In this document: positions 29,629 through 39,536 of the stretch, in pieces | Layout of the letters: each line of letters opens with the position of its first letter | Numbering within the stretch: the stretch's first letter is position 1 | Assembly (NCBI GenBank): GCA_018664825.1 | Contig: JABJNO010000017.1 | Coordinates: forward strand, 163,011 to 227,010 | Direction: 5' to 3' | DNA from: Candidatus Parcubacteria bacterium | GTDB lineage: Bacteria > Patescibacteriota > Patescibacteriia > UBA1558 > GWA2-36-10 | DNA length: 64,000 bases | Position numbers and translations under genes: made by a program | Notes under the pieces: model-generated | What the model was told of the DNA's origin: nothing | Seen by the model: the letters and a program-made list of their open reading frames with translations, nothing else | Databases searched by the model: none

Positions 29629-30918
29629 TTATGGTTTTAATCTATTTATTGTACGTGGAAAAGGAATTGTCTCTCTGACATGTTGAATCCCACATACCCA
29701 GGCTACTATACGCTCCAGGCCAAAGCCGAAACCACCATGAGGTACTGATCCATATTTACGTAAGTCTAAGTACCAATCAAAGTCCTCTTGTGAAAGTTTT
29801 TCTTCTTTGATGCGCTGGAGCAGCGTATCATAATCATCTTCACGCTGACTTCCGCCAATAATTTCTCCATAACCTTCTGGAGCAAGTAAATCACTACATT
29901 CCGCCAATGAATCATCTTTGGCATTTCTTTTCATATAAAAAGATTTTATTTTAGCTGGATAATGAGTAACAAATAATGGATTATCAAATTTCTTAGTAAG
30001 TATTGTTTCATCATCTGCTCCTAGGTCTTCACCGTCTTTTATGTCGCTACCCATATCTTGTAGCATCTTAACAGCCTCAACATGAGTAATTTTGTGGAAT
30101 GGTTTAATAATATTTTCCAGAGCCTTGGTATCTCTTTCTAAAATTTCTAAATCAGCTTTATTATTTTCTAATACTGCTGTCACCATATGACGAATAAGCT
30201 CTTCCTGAACATTCATATTATCATCAAGATCAATAAAAGCCATCTCAGCATCCATCATCCAAAACTCTGTTAGGTGTCTTCTGGTTTTTGATTTCTCAGC
30301 ACGAAAAACTGGACCAAAGTCAAATACTCTATTGTGAGCAAAAATTGCTGACTCTATATACAGTTGTCCGCTTTGTGACAAATAAGCCTTGTCATCAAAA
30401 TAATCAATCTCAAATAGCTCTGTAGTACCCTCACAAGCATTGGGAGTCAATATTGGAGCATCAATCTTGGTAAATGAATTCTTGGACATATAGTCATAGT
30501 TGGCCTGAATAAGAGTATTTCTAATTTTCTGAATAGCAATCTGTTTGCTAGACCTTAGCCATAGGTGTCTATTGTCCATAAGAAAATCTACACCATGATC
30601 TTTTTTGCCAATCGGATACTCATCAGCTATTTGATAAAATTCAAAATCTTTTACTTGTAGCTCATACTCATCTTTTTTGGGATGCTTGGCTACCTTGGCA
30701 ATTATTTTTACGGAAGTTTCTATACTTACCTTTTTGGATTCTTCCCATTTGTCATCAGACAAATCAGTGGAAGACAAAATCGCCTGACTAAAGCCAGAAC
30801 CATCTCGTAGTTGCCAAAAGGCTATTTTTCCAGATGACCTAAAATTTGTCACCCAAGCACTGACCTCTACTTCTTTGTCTACAAATTTCTCCAAATCTCT
30901 AATAAATACTTTTTCCAT
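29629..30918 (-). CDS. asnS: Asparagine--tRNA ligase
   Basis: RHLWLR, AYLSQSGQLY, FRAEKSKTRRHLTEF, GEIIGGSQRE. Confidence 0.95.
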   Translation of the reverse strand: MEKVFIRDLEKFVDKEVEVSAWVTNFRSSGKIAFWQLRDGSGFSQAILSSTDLSDDKWEESKKVSIETSVKIIAKVAKHPKKDEYELQVKDFEFYQIADEYPIGKKDHGVDFLMDNRHLWLRSSKQIAIQKIRNTLIQANYDYMSKNSFTKIDAPILTPNACEGTTELFEIDYFDDKAYLSQSGQLYIESAIFAHNRVFDFGPVFRAEKSKTRRHLTEFWMMDAEMAFIDLDDNMNVQEELIRHMVTAVLENNKADLEILERDTKALENIIKPFHKITHVEAVKMLQDMGSDIKDGEDLGADDETILTKKFDNPLFVTHYPAKIKSFYMKRNAKDDSLAECSDLLAPEGYGEIIGGSQREDDYDTLLQRIKEEKLSQEDFDWYLDLRKYGSVPHGGFGFGLERIVAWVCGIQHVRETIPFPRTINRLKP

Positions 30919-31042
30919 AAATATAAAATAATAGCTGTTTATCAGGTTAAATCATACCTAAGTTTGGGATATTTTTCAAGTTTTTAAAAAAATTTAAAAA
31001 CCCCGCTACATTTGCATGCAGCGGGGCCAGATATTACCTCTT

Positions 31043-31924
31043 TCAAGAACCAGGGTAGATGACTTGGCTAAAGCTGAAATTTAGCCTTAGCTGCCATTTG
31101 TTGTTGGTATCATAGAAAATACCAAAAGTATTTCCTTTGTCGTTGGGAAATAGTGCGTAGTTGAGGCCGCCGATAAAAGCGCCTCGATGATCACCAATGT
31201 CCTGGTGAGCAAAGATACGAACGCGATCACCCAAACGAATATGATTTTCAACAAAGGCAGTATTCCGTCGATCCGGAAAATCTCGATCAATTCGATCCTC
31301 GTAATTGGTCCAACCCATATGTAGATTGACCCAAGGATGAAAACTTTCCTTGAAGAAAAGTCCTTGACCGTAATTCTTGATCCAGAAGGCTGTCACGGGG
31401 CCAAGATCTACTTTGGCTTGATAAGCTTCGTAACCAAAGTTGCCAAAATGCAACTTTAAATCCCCGCGCCCGACATAAGCACAAAGACCAGTTCCATAGA
31501 CCGGTAGATCTTTGATGGCATAAGCCCACCTAGGCATCGGTCGAAACACGGGTGGCGGAAAATTACCCATCATAGGTACCAGGTGCTTTCCACCCTTGAT
31601 ACCAAACTTCCAGTCAGCATAGTAATCGGAATATTCCAAATAACTATATTTCATGGAATTACTGTAAAGATCCTGCTCGATGCGGAGCATAAACTTGCCC
31701 CTGTAAGCCTTGAAGCCCAAACGCGTCCAGTCAAACTGACCGTAACCTTCTTCCTTTTCTTGAAGAGTTGTGGTGTTTGCGGAAAACACATAGACCTGCA
31801 AACTATCGGGCTGAGCCGCCCAACTTGCCTGACTGGTTAATATGAAGCCGGCTACCAGAATCACGATGAAAAACAGTGCTCTCCAGACTCTTTGCATGGT
31901 TGTCCTTTGCTTCTTACGACGCAT
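31043..31924 (-). CDS. Secreted aromatic-rich protein, porin/beta-barrel-like
   Basis: Signal peptide; alternating aromatic beta-strands (FDWTRLGFK, YSYLEY, GGKHLVP, WQLRLNFSF). Confidence 0.55.
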   Translation of the reverse strand: MRRKKQRTTMQRVWRALFFIVILVAGFILTSQASWAAQPDSLQVYVFSANTTTLQEKEEGYGQFDWTRLGFKAYRGKFMLRIEQDLYSNSMKYSYLEYSDYYADWKFGIKGGKHLVPMMGNFPPPVFRPMPRWAYAIKDLPVYGTGLCAYVGRGDLKLHFGNFGYEAYQAKVDLGPVTAFWIKNYGQGLFFKESFHPWVNLHMGWTNYEDRIDRDFPDRRNTAFVENHIRLGDRVRIFAHQDIGDHRGAFIGGLNYALFPNDKGNTFGIFYDTNNKWQLRLNFSFSQVIYPGS

Positions 31925-32047
31925 TTTCTTGCCTTTCTTTGAGGTTTTTAAATGTTGGAACGAACTTTTAGGAATATATAATTATAGCATATTTATGATA
32001 TTTTGTCAATAATAAAACCACCCTATTTTCATAGGGTGGTGAAGTTT

Positions 32048-32287
32048 TTAGGCAGTAACCGGGTTGACGTTTAGAGCACCATCAAATCCCAATTGATTTC
32101 CCATCAATTTTAGTAGTTTTTCAAGGGTAAGCTCAATACGAGCAACGGGGTATTTGGCGGAACCAGTTTCATCCATTGGTGGAACATAATCATCCCGGTT
32201 ATCAGGGATAATATCTGCTCCAGAAATCATAGCAATTACAGCCATTACAATGACCAAAGCCATTAAATCAGCGAGTCGCTGCCTCAT
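32048..32287 (-). CDS. Small secreted/membrane hypothetical protein
   Basis: AAGGAGG SD, hydrophobic N-terminus, terminator ccaccctat/atagggtgg. Confidence 0.6.
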   Translation of the reverse strand: MRQRLADLMALVIVMAVIAMISGADIIPDNRDDYVPPMDETGSAKYPVARIELTLEKLLKLMGNQLGFDGALNVNPVTA

Positions 32288-32449
32288 GTTTTTTTCCTCC
32301 TTGTTTATGTTTATTGTTATGAACGTTTTACCAAAACATATTAGCAGTCTTTTGTATATCTGGCAATATATAAGAGTTATTGACAAATAAACCAATAACT
32401 AATAAAGTAAATCTTGGTTTATTGTACTTTTAAAAAAAGGAGGATGTCG

Positions 32450-32659
32450 ATGTCTGATAATAGAAATCAGGAAAGGTTCGAGGCAATTGCTCAAAAACTC
32501 CACGGTCAAAAAATGATCAGCGATGCTCTTGTCAATCAACTAGTTGCCGAGGAATTTGGCAAAGACCCAATCCCCGCAGACGCCAACTCTCAAGTAATCC
32601 GACATCTTCGCAGTATCCAAAAACGCGAAAGAATCGCTAATAGTGAAAAAACTGCATAA
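32450..32659 (+). CDS. Small hypothetical protein
   Basis: Promoter TTGACA at 32380, AGGAGG SD, terminator aagctcaagg/ccttgagctt. Confidence 0.6.
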   Translation: MSDNRNQERFEAIAQKLHGQKMISDALVNQLVAEEFGKDPIPADANSQVIRHLRSIQKRERIANSEKTA

Positions 32660-32707
32660 AAAACAAAGCTCAAGGTAACCCTTGAGCTTTTTTATATAAA
32701 TATAATT

Positions 32708-35700
32708 TTAAATATTTCTTTCTTTTAGTTGCTTCTTTCCTTCAAATTTCAAATATACCATAGGAATGATAAATAGTTGCATAATGGTCGCAAAAGATAG
32801 ACCAAAAATGATAGCTATAGACATACCAAGCCAAAAAGGATCAGCAATAGCTAGTGGTATCACGCCAAATATAGTTGTAATAGATGTAAGTAGTATAGGT
32901 TGCAATCTTGTATCTCCGGCATCAGCCAAAGCATCTCGGATCAACATCTTTTTTTCATCTACGTTACGTTGGGTTTTGTCGAGTAATACAATAGCATCAT
33001 TTACAACTATACCAGCCAAAGATACTAGTCCCAAAAATACTGCAAAACTAAATGGTAAATTGAATATAAGCATTCCAATCACTACACCTATAAGCATAAG
33101 TGGTAATGTCATAAGGACTGCAAAGGGTTTTTTGTATGAATTGAATTGTAATACCAAAATAATCATGATAAGGAGTACAGCCACAATCATAGCACTCCAA
33201 AGCTCTTGGAAAGATTGCTCTATATCCTCTACCTCACCACCAAAACCAACGGTATAACCAGCAGGAACAATACCCTGCTCTTTGACTTGCTTTTCAATCT
33301 TTGGCACTACGGCATTTGGAGTATAACCAGATTCCAAATCTGCCTGGACAGTAATAGTCCTGACAAAATCTCTATGCCTTATAGCAGCAAGTGCAGGTTC
33401 AAGTGAAAAATCTGCCACATATGAAAGTTTTACTTCCTCACCAAAATTGTTTATCAAAGAAAGATTTTTGATTTCTTCTACAGAAGATATACTTTCTTTA
33501 TCAAGTCTAACTATCACATCAACATCTTCGTTGTTGATACTAGTCTCTGTGGCTGTGACACCAAATATTGCAGTACGTAAAAAGCTAGACACTTCTCCGA
33601 CCGATAGTCCAGATTTGGCCAAGGCTTCTTTGTCCAATGTAAAAGTAAGGTCAGCTGGAGATACCGCTCTATTGCTAACGACATTGATCACTCCTTCGGT
33701 GCCTTCCAAAAGACTCACAACATCTACAGATACCTTGTCCAAAACATCCAAGTCGTCTCCCAAAATACGAGCTTCTATTGGCGCGCCCGTTGGAGGTCCG
33801 GATGATAATTCTTGTAAAGTAATTTTACCTTTATTTATAGCCTGTAATTCTTCTCGGAGCTCATCTGTGATTTCATAACTCTTGAGTTTTCTATCATTTT
33901 CGTCTACCAAATTTATATTTATATTGGCTACATGCTCATTTGAGCTTGCACTATCAAAACCAAAGGCAGATGACTGACCAATTGTAGTCACAAAACCTTC
34001 GATATAATCTTTTTCATAAAGCCTTTCTTCAACCAAGGCTACCACTTCTTCTGTGGTCTCAAGGTCGGTCCCTATTGGCATTTCTATATCTACAAAAGAA
34101 AAATCCACATCTGTTTTTGGAAACAAAGCTACTGGCACAATACCTGAAATCAAAAGTCCGAGTGAAGCCAAAAACATAACTACCATAACAGACATCATTT
34201 GAACTTTCTTTTTTCTGGAAGTCAAAAACTTTGCAATCGCTATTTTATATTTTTTACGTAAAGCATTTGTCAAAAATTTTTCCAACAAAGAATCCTTTTG
34301 CTCTTTTTGTTTACCAGCTTTCAAAAATACTGCTCCCACAGAAGGTACCAATACTAGAGATACAAAAAGTGAAGCAAGTAATGTAATGGCAATGGTGATT
34401 GGAAATATTTTGAGATATTCTCCCAAAATACCAGAAACCAAAAGCATTGGCACAAAAGCAGAAATAGTAGTAAGTGTTCCTGCAGTCAAAGGTTTACGAT
34501 AGTGAGATACAGAAAGCAAGGCAGCTCGTCTTGGTCCATAACCCTCTCTTATGTTATGAAAAATACCTTCCAAAATAACTATAAATGTATCCACCAAAAG
34601 TCCGAGCGACAATACAAGTGCGTAAAGAGTCATACTATTTAGAGTATATCCCGCGTTGTACAAAACTATAAAAGTAATCAAAAAGGTCATTGGTATAGCA
34701 AACAGCGAGATCAATGCTTCTTTGAAACTTAGGGCCGCAAACATTATAATAAAAATAAGTATAGTTGCTTGGACACCACTATTACCCAAGGTGTTCAAAT
34801 CCTCACGAATAAATGAAGAATAATCACTACTGACTTCTATCTTCACCTCTTGAGGTACTATTTGTTTTGTTTGAAGTTCTTCTACTTTTTCTTTAGCAGA
34901 ATCTACAATATTCAAAATATTGCCACCTGTTTTTTTGAAAACCTGAAGAGATACAGATGACACTGTAGGCTCTCCATCTACTGAAATTTTGGAGATAGTT
35001 TTTACATCTTTGAATTTTTCTTGAACAATAGCTATGTCTTCCAACAAGATAGACTTACCTTCGTCATTGCTGACTACTACTTTTTTCAAATCATCTATAC
35101 TCTGAAATTTGGCTACAGTTCTTAGGTTGTAATTTAAATTACTAATAGTAATATCTCCCAATGGCATATCCATGTTGGCAGCAGAAATCGCACCAACTAC
35201 TTGACTCATTGGTAAACTAAGACGAGATAATGAAGCTTTATCTATAACAACGGAAAATTCTTTTTCTTTGGCTCCCAAAAGCGGCGCCTCAGATACTCCT
35301 GAGATAGATTCTAGTTCGTCTTGGACTATTTCACCCAATTGTTTGAGCTGAGTGTCAGTCAGGTCTCCTACAAGAGAAAAAGTAATAATAGGGAAATCAT
35401 TGGCTCGAATTTGAGTCACAACTGGATCTTCTGCCTCATCTGGCAAACCCCTTACTTCTAAAACTTTATCTTTGAGCTCCCTGATACTATCATCTAGATT
35501 TGCTGAAGCATCAAATTCTACAACAATAGAAGATACGCTAGTTAGAGAGCTGGAAGTAATAAGTTTTACACTATCTAACTCTTCTAATCTATTTTCAATC
35601 TCGTCGGTCACTAAATTTTCAATGTCTGCTGGACTAGCTCCAGGATAAAAAGTAGAAACTACGGCAATGGGTATTTTTACTTCTGGGTCAGACTCACGGT

Positions 35701-35899
35701 CTATGTTTGTCACAGCCATAACACCCAATAGCAAAATAGACATTATCAAAAGTAAGGCTACTCTAAAATGAGTAATAAAATAACCAGCCAAACCTTTGCG
35801 AGATTCAGCTATCCTTTTTTCGGAGAGATTTTCTTCTTTATCAATCTCAATTATTTTTTCTGGATCTTCTCCTTCAATTCTATCGTTTATGTTTGACAT
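32708..35899 (-). CDS. RND efflux permease (AcrB/SwrC family)
   Basis: YPGASP, GLLVD, GIVVNDAIVL, RLQPILLTSITT. Confidence 0.95.
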   Translation of the reverse strand: MSNINDRIEGEDPEKIIEIDKEENLSEKRIAESRKGLAGYFITHFRVALLLIMSILLLGVMAVTNIDRESDPEVKIPIAVVSTFYPGASPADIENLVTDEIENRLEELDSVKLITSSSLTSVSSIVVEFDASANLDDSIRELKDKVLEVRGLPDEAEDPVVTQIRANDFPIITFSLVGDLTDTQLKQLGEIVQDELESISGVSEAPLLGAKEKEFSVVIDKASLSRLSLPMSQVVGAISAANMDMPLGDITISNLNYNLRTVAKFQSIDDLKKVVVSNDEGKSILLEDIAIVQEKFKDVKTISKISVDGEPTVSSVSLQVFKKTGGNILNIVDSAKEKVEELQTKQIVPQEVKIEVSSDYSSFIREDLNTLGNSGVQATILIFIIMFAALSFKEALISLFAIPMTFLITFIVLYNAGYTLNSMTLYALVLSLGLLVDTFIVILEGIFHNIREGYGPRRAALLSVSHYRKPLTAGTLTTISAFVPMLLVSGILGEYLKIFPITIAITLLASLFVSLVLVPSVGAVFLKAGKQKEQKDSLLEKFLTNALRKKYKIAIAKFLTSRKKKVQMMSVMVVMFLASLGLLISGIVPVALFPKTDVDFSFVDIEMPIGTDLETTEEVVALVEERLYEKDYIEGFVTTIGQSSAFGFDSASSNEHVANININLVDENDRKLKSYEITDELREELQAINKGKITLQELSSGPPTGAPIEARILGDDLDVLDKVSVDVVSLLEGTEGVINVVSNRAVSPADLTFTLDKEALAKSGLSVGEVSSFLRTAIFGVTATETSINNEDVDVIVRLDKESISSVEEIKNLSLINNFGEEVKLSYVADFSLEPALAAIRHRDFVRTITVQADLESGYTPNAVVPKIEKQVKEQGIVPAGYTVGFGGEVEDIEQSFQELWSAMIVAVLLIMIILVLQFNSYKKPFAVLMTLPLMLIGVVIGMLIFNLPFSFAVFLGLVSLAGIVVNDAIVLLDKTQRNVDEKKMLIRDALADAGDTRLQPILLTSITTIFGVIPLAIADPFWLGMSIAIIFGLSFATIMQLFIIPMVYLKFEGKKQLKERNI

Positions 35900-35901
35900 G
35901 A

Positions 35902-37545
35902 TTATTCTGTAATTATTTCTACCTCATCACCAGTGGCTACAAAAACTCCATTGAGTAAAATCAATTGATCGTTTTCTTCTAGTCCACTTGTGATGGATAC
36001 TTTATCACCAAATACTTGATCAAGAGTGACATTTTTACGAGCAACCTTGCCGTTTTCGCCAATAACGAATACATAGTTTCCAGTAGCTTCTATGGTCACA
36101 GATTTTATTGGTACGACAATCACGTCAACTTCTGTATAATTTAGTTTGATTTCTACTTCAGCAATATCACCAGCTCTTAGATTTTCTTTGGCTTCGCTAC
36201 TTTGGATAGTGACGTTTACTTTTCCACTATTTAAGTCCCCAATAGGTTCCACTTCTGAAACAATGCCTGTATATTTGTTTTCGATCATTATTTCATCACC
36301 AAGCTTGATGGCTTCAGAAAAATCAACATCAACATCAACCTTGACTTCTACGATTGCCAAATTACCAATTTCGATCAATTGCTGACCAACAGTAACTTGC
36401 TCACCCATATTGGTATAATGAGAAAGGATTGTTCCTGAAAATGGAGCAGCCAAAGTAAGGTTACCGTAGCTATAGGCTACACTATCAAACTGAGTTTGAG
36501 CGATATTTTTTTCCAAAGTTGCTCCGTCTTGAGCATTTTGAAAACCAATAGTTGCATTATCATAATCAATCTTTGCCAAATTCAGTTGGCTTTGCGCTTG
36601 ATTCAAAGAGAGTTGTTTGGAAATTTTTGTATTTGTAATATTATTGATAGAGGTAATAACTCCACTAACATGTCCATTTATTTGTAATTGATAATTTGAA
36701 TTCAAAAGTTTATTACTTTCTATAGTAACTGCTGTAAATTCTCCTCCATCTATAGCACCTTGCAAAAGTATAGCTGTATTATCGACCACATCTTTGGTAG
36801 CAGACACGGTAATTTGCATTTGACTCAGGGCAGAGTCAAGATTTGTTGTATTTACTGTATTTGGTAAAAGCAAAAAATTATCCACTGCGTTGGGATAGAG
36901 AATCATAGTATTGCTTTTTAACTGAGAATTGGTAGTTGCCAAATCTTTGAAAGCATAAAAACCTTCTTTATCTAGCAAATATCTTTCATCATCAATACTT
37001 CCGCCAGTTAAATAATTTAGAGTTTGATTTAAAGTATTATAAGCTGAGCTATAAGCTACAATTGCAGAATCTTCGGCTACTCGTACAGCTTGATCGGTTT
37101 GGGCTACACTAGAATTGTATTGACTCTCAGCCAAGTCTAGTCTGGCCTGAGCACTATTTAATCCAAGTTGTGATTGCTGGACACGTTGGTCCGTCACAAC
37201 TCGAGTTTGTTCAAGATTTTGTAAAGCATTGAAATATCCACTTTCAATTCCTTCGTCTCGAATACTAAACAACGGTTGACCCACAAAAATCTCTGAACCA
37301 ACCGGGCTTAGATATTCTACAGTACCAGGTACCAAACTTCTGATATTACTATATTGCTTTGGAGTGACTGTGCCACTAGCTAGCAATGAAGCAGTTACCT
37401 GATTTTGTCTGGCAATCTGTTGTACTTCAACTTGTTTTTTTATAACCGGTTTTTCCTCTTCTTCTTGTTTACCACATCCAGTAGTAAACAAAACCATAGC
37501 AAACAAGACTACAATCAGACTTAGCGACTTCAATTTCTTTGACAT
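35902..37545 (-). CDS. RND membrane-fusion adaptor lipoprotein
   Basis: Lipobox TTGC, long coiled coil, APFSGTI, VVPIKSV. Confidence 0.9.
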   Translation of the reverse strand: MSKKLKSLSLIVVLFAMVLFTTGCGKQEEEEKPVIKKQVEVQQIARQNQVTASLLASGTVTPKQYSNIRSLVPGTVEYLSPVGSEIFVGQPLFSIRDEGIESGYFNALQNLEQTRVVTDQRVQQSQLGLNSAQARLDLAESQYNSSVAQTDQAVRVAEDSAIVAYSSAYNTLNQTLNYLTGGSIDDERYLLDKEGFYAFKDLATTNSQLKSNTMILYPNAVDNFLLLPNTVNTTNLDSALSQMQITVSATKDVVDNTAILLQGAIDGGEFTAVTIESNKLLNSNYQLQINGHVSGVITSINNITNTKISKQLSLNQAQSQLNLAKIDYDNATIGFQNAQDGATLEKNIAQTQFDSVAYSYGNLTLAAPFSGTILSHYTNMGEQVTVGQQLIEIGNLAIVEVKVDVDVDFSEAIKLGDEIMIENKYTGIVSEVEPIGDLNSGKVNVTIQSSEAKENLRAGDIAEVEIKLNYTEVDVIVVPIKSVTIEATGNYVFVIGENGKVARKNVTLDQVFGDKVSITSGLEENDQLILLNGVFVATGDEVEIITE

Positions 37546-37688
37546 ATTTATCATTATTAATACCTTAATTCGTTCGCCTAAATTAACATAATAGGACTTT
37601 TTTGTCAATCTTGATAATTGACCCAAAATATATTCTATGTTAAAAATAATCATTGTTTTAAGAAAGTTCTTTAACAAAGGAGAAAGAT

Positions 37689-38486
37689 ATGCTGAGAATA
37701 GCAGGTTTTGCCAGACTAAATGGCATTACTTTTATTGGTCCCAAATACCAAGTCACTGCCACCCACACAGGAAAAGGCATCATAATAAAACAAAAAAGAG
37801 TGCCAAAACTCTTTTCATTTGCTGCCTGGCCAAAAAAAGTTCCCTTACTGCGAGGTATGTGGACTTTTATTGAAATGCTTGCCCATATGGTAATCAGTGG
37901 CAGTAAAAAAGCCAAAACAGCATTTGCTGCCTTGTTTTTACTTGGAGCTTATGTAGAATTTTGGCCAAAAGCCGAAAAAATCCCTGTCCCAAAATCATCT
38001 ACACTGATTACTGAAAATATTTTGATTTTAGGCAACTTACTAATGATGGTAGTCTTGATCTGGGCCCTACAAGGTCTATTTAGATATCACGCCGCCGAAC
38101 ATATGGCAATCAATGCCTACTTGTCTGGTAAAAATCTAAACCTTGAAAACATAAGGGAATCAAGTCGAATCAGTTCACGTTGTGGTACAAATCTGGTTGT
38201 AATCTTATATTTAATTCAAATAATTTTAATAGGATTTCTACATCTACATTTTTTTGTCTACCTCGACGTACTGTTTACGTTTGCAATTGCCTATGAGATT
38301 TTTAGGTTACAACTCAAGCCATTTATCTGGCTAGGTACTCTGGCACAAAAACACATTGTCACCAGAAAACCCGAAAATTACCACTTGATTATTGGTGGTA
38401 TGGGATTGGAAAGTCTGATTTCTCTAGAAGAAACCGGAGAGTTTCCTAAGCAATACACAATGAAAGAACATCTTTCTTCCGACTAA
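37689..38486 (+). CDS. DUF1385 family membrane protein
   Basis: IAGFARLNG, PLLRG, FRYHAAEH, RCGT. Confidence 0.85.
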   Translation: MLRIAGFARLNGITFIGPKYQVTATHTGKGIIIKQKRVPKLFSFAAWPKKVPLLRGMWTFIEMLAHMVISGSKKAKTAFAALFLLGAYVEFWPKAEKIPVPKSSTLITENILILGNLLMMVVLIWALQGLFRYHAAEHMAINAYLSGKNLNLENIRESSRISSRCGTNLVVILYLIQIILIGFLHLHFFVYLDVLFTFAIAYEIFRLQLKPFIWLGTLAQKHIVTRKPENYHLIIGGMGLESLISLEETGEFPKQYTMKEHLSSD

Positions 38487-38569
38487 CTACAACGCCAAGC
38501 TCAGCTTGGCGTTTTTATTTATCTACAAGTACACTATTCCTCGCTTGACAGACTTTGTGAGTATGTTAG

Positions 38570-38590
38570 TATGTGTATATAAGACACTAA
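38570..38590. promoter_or_regulatory. NrtR-type operator (autoregulatory) between the nrtR promoter and start codon
   Basis: tatgtGTatataagACactaa = GT-N7-AC palindrome; TTGACA at 38545. Confidence 0.7.
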
Positions 38591-38598
38591 CTAAGTAT

Positions 38599-39282
38599 AT
38601 GAAAGATTCAAAGATAAAAAAAGAACACGCCAAGCAAAATATCAAGCTTGCTGTTGATAATTGCATCTTTACCATCAAGGATGGTAAGTTGTGTGTTTTG
38701 CTGATAAAAATGAAAGATAAGCTCCAAGGACACTGGGCTTTACCAGGTGGCTTGGTCAACAATAACGAGACCTTGGATTCTGCAGCCAAAAGAATCCTGA
38801 AGACCCAAACTAGCGTCAGTGATGTTTATTTAGAACAACTATATACTTTTGGTGATGTCAAAAGAGATCCTTTTGCCAGAGTCATATCTACCGCCTATTT
38901 TGCTCTAGTTCCACCAAAAACCAACAATATCAAAACTTCTGCAAAATATAGCGATGTTCGGTGGATTCCAGTCAAAAAACTACCTGGATTGGCTTATGAT
39001 CATGATAAAATAGCTAAATATGCCAAACAAAGATTAGCCGATAAAATAAGCTATACCAACGCCGTATGGTCTCTTTTACCTACAAAATTTACCCTAACAG
39101 ACCTACAAAAAGTATACGAAATTATCCTTGGAAAAGTCATAGATAAACGTAATTTCCGTAAGAAAATCCTTGCTTTAGACATTATCCACCCTACTTCTGA
39201 GACCAAAATAAAAGGTGCTCATAGACCTGCTAAATTATATGAATTTAGCTCAACTAAGCCAAAAATAGTGGAAATTGTCTAA
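38599..39282 (+). CDS. nrtR: NrtR (NUDIX + wHTH) ADP-ribose-responsive regulator of NAD metabolism
   Basis: WALPGG, YLEQLYTFG..RDP, LAYDH, FTLTDLQKVYE, DKRNFRKKI, HRPAKLY. Confidence 0.92.
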   Translation: MKDSKIKKEHAKQNIKLAVDNCIFTIKDGKLCVLLIKMKDKLQGHWALPGGLVNNNETLDSAAKRILKTQTSVSDVYLEQLYTFGDVKRDPFARVISTAYFALVPPKTNNIKTSAKYSDVRWIPVKKLPGLAYDHDKIAKYAKQRLADKISYTNAVWSLLPTKFTLTDLQKVYEIILGKVIDKRNFRKKILALDIIHPTSETKIKGAHRPAKLYEFSSTKPKIVEIV

Positions 39283-39317
39283 CATTAGCCAAATTCTTTG
39301 ATTTTTTTTGATCTTAA

Positions 39318-39354
39318 TTAGTGTAAAATATACACTAATGTAAAATATACACGT
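39318..39354. promoter_or_regulatory. Tandem NrtR-type operators upstream of the operon promoter
   Basis: ttagtGTaaaatatACactaa (39318-39338) plus overlapping aatGTaaaatatACacgt; TTGACA at 39359. Confidence 0.75.
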
Positions 39355-39536
39355 ACTATTGACAAAAATACGAAAATATGATAAAAATAGCGGTTTCATA
39401 TGTAATAAAAACAATGTATTACTCCCCTATTTTGACCTAACTAGTGGAGCTCATTTTTGGGCTATATCAGTGAGGCCAAAAGTCCTAGTTCATTAACAAT
39501 TGGTTTTGGTAAAAAAACAAAACGAAAGGAGAAAAT

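Noticed and set aside
38506-38598. Extended N-terminus of NrtR in the ORF track (similarly 37546-37677, 3465-3512, 54374-54436)
   Set aside because: These extensions cover promoters, operators or leaders; downstream ATGs fit better.
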